Shown here: positions 45,701-50,845 of the stretch, one piece after another
Numbering within the stretch: position 1 is the stretch's first letter
Layout of the letters: each line of letters begins with the position of its first letter
Source: Elusimicrobiota bacterium
GTDB taxonomy: Bacteria > Elusimicrobiota > Elusimicrobia > UBA1565 > UBA9628
Direction: 5' to 3'
Length of the DNA stretch: 50,845 bases
Assembly: GCA_023700845.1 (NCBI GenBank)
Contig: JAMPYD010000001.1
Coordinates: 1 to 50,845, forward strand
Notes under the pieces: generated by a model
What the model was told of the DNA's origin: nothing
Seen by the model: only the letters and a program-made list of their open reading frames with translations
Database searches by the model: none
Position numbers and translations under genes: made by a program

Positions 45701-48700
45701 GGCCTTCGCGGTGTCGAGCAGCTGCTCCTCGAGGTCGAGCCCCAAGGTGAACAGCGCGGCGGCCCGGGACTCGACCAGCTCGCGCTGGCTCTTGGTCATC
45801 GTCAGCTCGGTCTGGGTGCCGACCTGGAAGCCGCCGCCCGTGGCGCGCTCGGCCGTGCCGGGGCCGACGGGCCCGGAGACGAAGCCGACCATCGCCCGCT
45901 GGCGGACGTTGTCGAGGAAGGCCCCGGCCTTCTGCAGCTCGCCGATCTCGCGCGAGAGGCGGCCGATCTCGAGCACGATGAGGCGGCGCCCCGCGTCCGC
46001 GTCGAAGGCGCGCGCGAGCTCGGCCAGGGCGGGGTTGTTCGCCTCGTCGCGCGCGAAGAAATCGGAGAGCGCGGCGTCGAACTCGGCCATGGTCTTGCCG
46101 CCGCGCAGGTCCTCGGCGGCCGCGCCGGTCACCGAGCGCCACAGCTCGCCCAAGGTGTAGGTGGACTCGAAGGAGACGGTCAGGCGGTCGTTGAGGCCGA
46201 TGTAGCGGCTGCCGTAGGACAGCGCGAGCTCGGAGTTCTCGCCGGTGCGCTTGCGGATCTCGGCGAAGTACGCGGCGGCCGAGCCGGCGAGCTTGCCCTG
46301 GGCGTTGATCGTCCAGCCCATGTCCGGGATCTCGTAGGAGATGCGGCCGTTGACCGAGTTCACCCGCTCGCCGAGCTCGCCGCCGCCGCCGACCGAGAGC
46401 CGCGTCTCGTGCCCGCCGACGTCGAAGGTGAAGCCCTTGAGGATGGTGGCCCCGACGGCCTGCTGGGTCAAAGGGTCGGTCCCGCCGGTCTTCGCGTAGT
46501 AGAACTCGAGGTTGAACGTGTCCTCTTGGCCCAACGCGGCGGCGAGGTCCACTCCTACGCCTAATTTAGAGCGGGTGTACTCGCGGTCCTGGCCCCGGCC
46601 TTCGATGAGGAAGCTCTGGTCGAGGGTCGGATCGTAGCCGGTGAAATCCAGGTTGACCTCTTGAAGGAAGCGGCGGGGGTCCTTGGCGAACAGCGCCGTC
46701 TGCTCGGCGTTGAGCGAGAGGACCTTGCTGAACTTGATCTTGGACTTCAGGTTGCCGCCGTAGTAGGAAGGCTTGCCGCCCGCGTCGGTCGCGGCGAAGT
46801 CGGCGAACCCGGCGGCGCCGAAATACACCTTGCCGTCGGCGACCATCAACGCGAAGTCGTCGAAGACCATCATGCGCGCCTCGCGCGCCTGGGAGCCCAC
46901 CGTCAGGTCCGGCGGTATGTCCTGGACGAACTTGTGGAAGGTGACGTCGAGGTAGTTGACCATGCGGTCGCTGTCGAGGGATTCCACGCGCACGGTCACG
47001 CCCTGGTCGCCGAAGGGGGCGTTGCCCGCGGACGGCGGGCTCGCGAAGCGGTGGCCGATGACGCTGACGTTCTGGCCCCACAGCTTGAGCGCGTTGCCGA
47101 AGGTGACCTGCTGGGCGGTCTCGAGGCCGCCGGGGGTGGAGAACTCGCTCTGGTAGACGAGATAGAATCCGTCGGTGCCCTCGCCGACCTCGACCATCTT
47201 GGTGCCCGGAAGGAGCTGGGACAGCGCGCGCGGGTCCTTCAGGATCTGCTCGCGGATGGCGGCGAGGTCGCGGGCGGCGGCGTCGGCCGACAGCGCGCCG
47301 AACAGCTGCGAGAGGAAGCGCTCGAACTGGGATTTCGGGATCACCATGGTCTGCGGCCCGCCGCGGTTCTCGGCGAGCCAGGCGGGGCCGGTGCGGCCGA
47401 CGGCGCTCACGCGTCCGGCGAGCGCGGGGGACAGGCGCCCGAGGTCGCCGACGGGCTCGAGCTCCCGGTCGAGCGCCGCGCGCTCGGCCCCGAGCTCCTT
47501 GAGGACGTCGGCGACGGCCTTGGCCGCGGCGTCGCGCGCGCGCTCGGCGCGGCGGGCCTCGATGTTCGTTTCGAGGACGGCGCGCGTGCGGTCCTGGATG
47601 GACGAGATGTTCTGGGCGACGCGCGAGAGCGCGGTCTCGTTGGGATTGTCGAGCTGCTGCAGCCAGCCGACGACGGTCGTGCGCTGCTCCTGGATGCCGT
47701 CGCGGGACTTCTTGAGCGCGTCCCGGAACTCGAGGGCGGCCTTGCGCTCGGCGTCGAGGGCCTCGTCGCCGGAGGAATAGACCTCGCCCAAGGTGTCGTA
47801 GTAGGTCTGCACGCGGCCGACGGTGCCGACGGACTCCTGGCTCCACTGGGTCTTCTGGCCGAAGAGGTCGGCGCCTTCGCGGGCGACGCCGGAGAGCATG
47901 TCGAACGCGGCCACCTTGCGGGCGAGGACGGCCTCGCCGCCGGAGAGGTCGCCGCCGACCCACGCGAGGTCGGCGTCGAGGTCGGAGAGGCCGAAGCTCA
48001 GGCCGGTGAAGGCGCGGGCGAGGAAGGCTTCGAAGACCGGGATGCGGTCCTTCAAGTAATCGTCTGAGGTGGTGACGAGGGCGTCGGCGAAGAGGAAACG
48101 GGCGAGGCACTCCGCGTAGGAATCGCCGGCGGCGGCGGAGGCGGTGGTGGGGACGAGGCGCTTGATGGCCTCGAGGCCGAGGAGGGCGATCCTTTGATTG
48201 GTCGAGACGTCGAGGGGGGGCTGGGCGCCGGTGGGGATGCCGTCGCCGCCGCCGACGCCGAGCTCGGTGCCTCCTGAAGCGGCGAGGGCCGCGTCGGCGA
48301 TCTCCTTGATGGCCGACGCCATATTCTGGAGCACACGGGCGTCGGCCATAGAAGTGAGGCGAGGGCCGGTCGAGGGGGATTCGGGATCGAGATCGGTCGG
48401 GAGTTTATACTTAACGGCAAAAGAATGTGTATTCGAGGTAAGACCGTCGAGTTGGACGAGCATCGAGTTAACGGCAACAGCGCTCGCGTTCATTTTGACG
48501 GCCCTTACGCGGCGCTCCTCGCGGTAAACGGCGGCGCGGCGGACGAGCGAATAAGGCACACGTTCGCCGTAAAGATCCTCCATCTCGGCGTTCGCGGGAT
48601 CTTTACGGCGTCTCATGGAGTCTTGGTAGTCGACGACGATCTTTTTGTAGTCCTCGTATTGGGTCCGGACCTGAGCGATGCCGGCGCGTGCCGCGCCGGG

Positions 48701-50845
48701 GTCGTACGCCTTGGCCCCGTTTGAGGCGAGTCCCCAGGGCAAAGCCTTCCTCAACCCATCCGAGATCTTTTCGTATAGGTTCTTTTTCTCCTTATATAAG
48801 ACCGCGTAACCATCATCGTCGCCATTCGGATCGCTTTGAGCGATCCGGTCGCGCTGGAAGGGGACCAAGGTGTTGTCCAGAAGGTCCTGGACCTCCACGA
48901 GCATGGGCGCCAACGTTTGTTTGATGAGCGAACGCTTGCGATCTATCAACGCCTGACCTTGCGCGGCGGGCGCGCCGGCGTTGATGTAGGCTTCGTCGAG
49001 CGACACGTCATCCAAAACGCCCTGCAGAGCCGCGACGGAGCGGGTGAACACGGTCTTCGCTTTCGGCAAAACATCGGTGATCGGCTTCTCGAGGGCCTTC
49101 GCCGTGGCCTCGGCCTCCAGGCGCCGCACGGTCAGGTCGCCGAGGAAGGGGATCAGGCGGGAAAGATCTATCTTTCTGGTCTTGGCGTCGAAACCCGCGT
49201 CGGTGTCGGGGAAGGAGGCGGCGTCGAGGCGGTCGAGCAGGTCGGGCAGCAAGGTCCTCAGCTCGTCGGCGGAGCGGCCCTTGAGGCGGGGCAGGGCCGC
49301 GCCCGGGGCGCCTTGCTCGATGAGCGCGGAGAGCTCGTCTGCGGAGGCGGCGAGCGCGTCGCTCGAGGACCCCAGGCGGGCTTCGAGCTCGAGCTGCTCC
49401 GCGCGCCACGCGACGAGCGACTCCAGGCGCGAGCCGCCGAAGTCGTCGGCCACGCGCGTCGTCCCGTTCGGGTCGAGGGCGCGCTCGACGCCCGCGAGGA
49501 TGTCCGCGTGCTCGTCGCGCTGCCCGCGCCAGAAGTCGCGGCGGCGCGCGAGCAAAGCGCGCGTGGCCTCGAGGGTCGGGTTCGACACGCTCTCGGAGGG
49601 CACGCCCGGGACCGCGACGACCAGCACGCCGGCGAACTCGAGGGGCACGGCCGCGATGCGCGCGTCGGCCTCGGCGACCTTGGCGCGGTAGCCGGCGACC
49701 TCGATGGACTTCGCCTTGAGGTAGTCGAGGGACAGGTCGGACACGCCCGAGGGCGACGACGAGCCGTGCTCGAGCGCGTCGATCAGCGACGGCAGCAAGG
49801 CGAGGCGTCGGTCGTACTCGGAGACCGCGTCGGCGCTGCGGCCGCGGTCGCGCGCGTCGATCGCGGCCAGCAGGCCGGATACGTCGGCGCGGAAGCGCGC
49901 CACCGCGGAGGACAGGCCGCCCACGCGGACCGCGAGCGAGGCGAAGTCGTCGCGCCGCGCGGCGTCCTCGGCGGTCTGCGCCTCGGCCTCGCGGCGCCAC
50001 TCCTCGGTCCGCCGCGCCTGCTCGGCCGCGTCCTCGGCGGAGCCGGCGTTGGCGCCGCGGCGCCGCTCGATGAGCTTGAGCTTCTCCTCGACGAGCGCCT
50101 GCATCTTGCCGAGCGCCGCGTCCGCCGAATTAAGGAGGCTCAAGCTGTAGGACAGGTCCATCACCATCGCCAGGCGCGCGAAGTTCTTGCGGAACTCGAG
50201 GGTGTCCCGGCCGTCGCGGCGCTCGCGCAGGGCGACGGAGCGGGAGCGGTCCGCCACGGCGAGCATCGCCTCCGCCGCGTCGCGCGCGGCCAGGTTCGCC
50301 TGGAGCTGGGCGTTGAGCGCCTCGACCCGGGCGAGCCGGGCCTCGACCGCCGCCTCCGCGGGGGTGCCGGCCAGGTCCGGCTTGACCGCCGGAGCGGACG
50401 ACGGGTCGGAGGTGATGTCGTCGAACATCCGGCGCAGGGCCTCGAGCGAGGCCCACTGCGATTCGCGGGCGTCCTCGGCGCCGGAGCCGGCCTGCGATTC
50501 GGGCAGCAGCGGAGAGACGCGCTCGAGGAGGCGGTCGAGCCGGGCGATCGCCTCGGCGTCGGCCGCGCCGCCGGACAGGTCGCCGCTCTGGCCGAGGCGC
50601 CGCCGGAGCTCGGCCTCGGAAGCGGGGGCGCCGGGATACGGGAGGGCCTCGGGCCGCAGCGGGGCCGGCTGCGGGACCGGCTGAGCCGCCCTGACCCCGA
50701 AGTCCGGGGCCGTCAGCGCCGCGACCTTGGCCGCGGCGCGGTAATGTTCGACGAGCGCGGGCGCCTCGTCGGGGACCGAGGGGACCGTCAGGCCGAGGGC
50801 GTCGGCGAGCTCGGGCAAAGCCGCGAGCGCGGCCGGAGCGGACTC
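39758..50845 (-). CDS. giant (more than 3,695 aa) Ala/Arg/Glu/Leu-rich protein with a central beta-rich segment and a TolC/OEP-like segment; 5'-partial
   Basis: The frame is open from 39758 to the right window edge, and the track start at 50818 is only a TTG. It is the only frame with protein-like composition; the opposite-strand ORFs are Arg/Gly shadows. The beta-rich part reads ..LKSKIKFSKVLSLNAEQ..TFNLEFYYAKTGG..RISYEIPDMGWTINAQGKL.. Confidence 0.8.
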   Translation of the reverse strand, partial: ESAPAALAALPELADALGLTVPSVPDEAPALVEHYRAAAKVAALTAPDFGVRAAQPVPQPAPLRPEALPYPGAPASEAELRRRLGQSGDLSGGAADAEAIARLDRLLERVSPLLPESQAGSGAEDARESQWASLEALRRMFDDITSDPSSAPAVKPDLAGTPAEAAVEARLARVEALNAQLQANLAARDAAEAMLAVADRSRSVALRERRDGRDTLEFRKNFARLAMVMDLSYSLSLLNSADAALGKMQALVEEKLKLIERRRGANAGSAEDAAEQARRTEEWRREAEAQTAEDAARRDDFASLAVRVGGLSSAVARFRADVSGLLAAIDARDRGRSADAVSEYDRRLALLPSLIDALEHGSSSPSGVSDLSLDYLKAKSIEVAGYRAKVAEADARIAAVPLEFAGVLVVAVPGVPSESVSNPTLEATRALLARRRDFWRGQRDEHADILAGVERALDPNGTTRVADDFGGSRLESLVAWRAEQLELEARLGSSSDALAASADELSALIEQGAPGAALPRLKGRSADELRTLLPDLLDRLDAASFPDTDAGFDAKTRKIDLSRLIPFLGDLTVRRLEAEATAKALEKPITDVLPKAKTVFTRSVAALQGVLDDVSLDEAYINAGAPAAQGQALIDRKRSLIKQTLAPMLVEVQDLLDNTLVPFQRDRIAQSDPNGDDDGYAVLYKEKKNLYEKISDGLRKALPWGLASNGAKAYDPGAARAGIAQVRTQYEDYKKIVVDYQDSMRRRKDPANAEMEDLYGERVPYSLVRRAAVYREERRVRAVKMNASAVAVNSMLVQLDGLTSNTHSFAVKYKLPTDLDPESPSTGPRLTSMADARVLQNMASAIKEIADAALAASGGTELGVGGGDGIPTGAQPPLDVSTNQRIALLGLEAIKRLVPTTASAAAGDSYAECLARFLFADALVTTSDDYLKDRIPVFEAFLARAFTGLSFGLSDLDADLAWVGGDLSGGEAVLARKVAAFDMLSGVAREGADLFGQKTQWSQESVGTVGRVQTYYDTLGEVYSSGDEALDAERKAALEFRDALKKSRDGIQEQRTTVVGWLQQLDNPNETALSRVAQNISSIQDRTRAVLETNIEARRAERARDAAAKAVADVLKELGAERAALDRELEPVGDLGRLSPALAGRVSAVGRTGPAWLAENRGGPQTMVIPKSQFERFLSQLFGALSADAAARDLAAIREQILKDPRALSQLLPGTKMVEVGEGTDGFYLVYQSEFSTPGGLETAQQVTFGNALKLWGQNVSVIGHRFASPPSAGNAPFGDQGVTVRVESLDSDRMVNYLDVTFHKFVQDIPPDLTVGSQAREARMMVFDDFALMVADGKVYFGAAGFADFAATDAGGKPSYYGGNLKSKIKFSKVLSLNAEQTALFAKDPRRFLQEVNLDFTGYDPTLDQSFLIEGRGQDREYTRSKLGVGVDLAAALGQEDTFNLEFYYAKTGGTDPLTQQAVGATILKGFTFDVGGHETRLSVGGGGELGERVNSVNGRISYEIPDMGWTINAQGKLAGSAAAYFAEIRKRTGENSELALSYGSRYIGLNDRLTVSFESTYTLGELWRSVTGAAAEDLRGGKTMAEFDAALSDFFARDEANNPALAELARAFDADAGRRLIVLEIGRLSREIGELQKAGAFLDNVRQRAMVGFVSGPVGPGTAERATGGGFQVGTQTELTMTKSQRELVESRAAALFTLGLDLEEQLLDTAKAWQSALAAIALAKWKRHLAVFLAAHAEDQVLRAEAEARVIEATDDLRRASLRYASLTGRGPEEPLPFDGVNPNDLDRVLRLVARALASPERLGELFSRARGSMKMPEAKLAVLDWVPWIEKFTLSVGAQLPDLLSSQALGVAVTVRLPIYAPTKGNVNSAYVLQSQAAMLEMAARLKSTRLRARSERIAARGWFERTRDAEAAASEARVELSDGIRLYRNALIGAPELRARARRWLDAATDSLTFGIEGSLHDAWASLDAAGQPLSPVGETREEPKDMNAAFDQATAQSASWEALARRSSAARELLEASDRRIRKVDVDLSVGANITAAGVALIPAFGFTGLMVLPVVGIELAPEELRQLDAGRRGAEADLYTRLQDKAAADMALNLTRALLEASYAAKQIALYEGELIPSLEAALDGTPGAAEKLRAARAALSDLIARRREAEVAANHLLGRPLDSRLLLSVDAETALSALAARSAALNPAAAAREALESRLRIARAVEAAVDKGLRVDRLRLDPISMVGRSLGRLISALSGDGVPSPEVVAIARERTLSAERALEAFDEALPAARARLGSELSRVRAARAALAGRGDAESRARALELDRQEAMLRAQISMWGSSTAAEAASLPATYAELRDRLREAALRQAPPKYDHGDLGAFETAPPLDATGSVRFYDHRQTLSGDPIGRSFVEGWLEARLRSPSTPPEAMAALARLREDRADEVRRSGAAAARARADMALARLRFDAALMRWSEGVGIGAEARARVARDLAETAAFLHLPPGTPPEALLALLPAPSDGDLASAAAREVAEAEAFDLELLKDTLFTSGLPEELSGRDRLPQLRADLLAEKMSSRGFTPMAAIGLFRGTWVQGAFLEAPDPERVRAGLVEVIDDALRRELEDSRRLQGLSLLLHTLMASVAEKTRLVAALRLRELAARRDLLGSVERVRMKLSPVSEIASAQAEAARAQFEFVAATQALAEDFARLTGELSALGISPAVYARSRSTAGDRDPLEPAERTARARLLAWWADRLLDADFERRNDELLAGAPESIRAELRVLVERYRVAAKDAAAVKSNDYDPAERLDRLMKVDLQGRRRLIEGTLSRILSELQSADPARGASWTGLMGFLRQEASASAELEGSVLAREGGVNAELSRVYWSAVKAPPALDGPVRRLIDLDARVAGLRREAQAAWLARSTSPRDHLLKDQALDAYVSALDAFDAELAAVLELPEAAADAAWTRSLDGLFGVRESLARRRDRLQYGRGILTLEASIALGESRLRALRFDPTETREIAPASETVAFLRAMKARWIGRTDALPALVALRGSKGVTWSSPAEVRRLEAAGRVSDLAGRRFVAPESWVGRVPETAAQALETGWIEVVEGDDAARERLAEVRARRAAAARRAALDRALLSSEVVLEGGAVGASLALADLRRLEGEGRVLWFEARPDPRTGLRKALPVPAARLRAPSELVAFVRVDGPAPDPAAYPSLEALEASGASASYRRADLGRAGLLALAEEARAQALTARRAGWLKLKLSSWGFALDAAGEVSAVYLDEKELKKAAEEAEDPKDPGHKWTFHKTAELSVGLGADGTVVSVRVGAKTIPLGGVAATWLGAEPLALETDAQGRVRRVFHDKDELAGKAGGWWVEDASGRVWKDTDAEYAPTSKPKRWIDPANGFTVHLGRELNDARLEAARSAASAARHWAYSPGQWPDLVLEIPRGVVQIPIELITGRDPNQHGYLGGAYARRGEGGATIRRGPGGTLLHAIDILGILPDPVQRYFDPSQFPSVVDGDGPLNPGDAASSKDPRTLDGRLNLVFGSGALLREARWAQEDREAARAEALSAFRGGARREVLETVRGRAGNYAEAYTRTETGRAAFLAALAELGLGAGAGGGTISADPRRAATDRVVLSFLLELGAEGQDARLRLYEEELRKLEARPEAKSDFDAEVAAAEASLSAALAARRAAEEAVKSLTVNMPGESPLALRLASL

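Noticed and set aside
39620-46564. Very long plus-strand ORFs (1,023 aa at 39620-42691; 1,192 aa at 42986-46564) and several minus-strand off-frame ORFs opposite or inside the giant gene
   Set aside because: Their translations are Arg/Gly/Ala/Pro runs without protein-like patterning. This is typical of stop-poor shadow frames in very high-G+C DNA. Only the 39758-50845 frame has sensible composition.

Overview
This window is high-G+C bacterial chromosome interrupted by a roughly 20-kb integrative element at 14505-34598. The element looks lower in G+C by eye; I did not compute it.

Left backbone (1-14.4 kb):
- A minus-strand Bat/MoxR operon: secreted protein, MoxR, DUF58, then a large BatA-N/vWA/DUF4159-like ORF. 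That ORF runs off the left edge and is missing from the ORF track.
- A ceramidase-like membrane protein, a small lipoprotein (below the track's length cutoff), a GNAT acetyltransferase and an MDR oxidoreductase.
- An exbB-exbD-tonB cluster.
- A histidine kinase translationally coupled to a KaiC-like ATPase that has three RecA/KaiC domains.

Island (14505-34598):
- It is bracketed by a 43-nt exact direct repeat equal to the 5' half of tRNA-Ser(GCT). The intact tRNA lies at 34560-34649, immediately after a xis-int pair.
- Cargo 1: a six-gene operon with a 2-TM membrane protein, two small acidic proteins and three different HEPN (Rx4-6H) proteins. This is my best candidate for an undescribed defence system.
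- Cargo 2: an HTH protein and a three-gene operon ending in a second tyrosine recombinase.
- Cargo 3: an envelope module with two LPP20-like lipoprotein paralogs and a GYF_2/TM/DUF4352-like protein, with a divergent XRE regulator.
- Cargo 4: a Type III restriction-modification pair in res-mod order.
- Backbone: a pSAM2-like module of DUF5659-like protein, HUH rolling-circle Rep, a Cys-His-Asp (transglutaminase-like) protein, an RHH repressor (below the track's length cutoff), Xis and Int.

Right backbone (34.6-50.8 kb): two outer-membrane beta-barrel candidates, a secreted PEK-repeat protein, a DUF962 protein, a DinG-family helicase, and a giant (more than 3,695 aa) Ala/Arg/Glu-rich protein that is open at the right edge.

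No CRISPR array or rRNA was seen. All family assignments come from reading motifs by eye; no database search was run.
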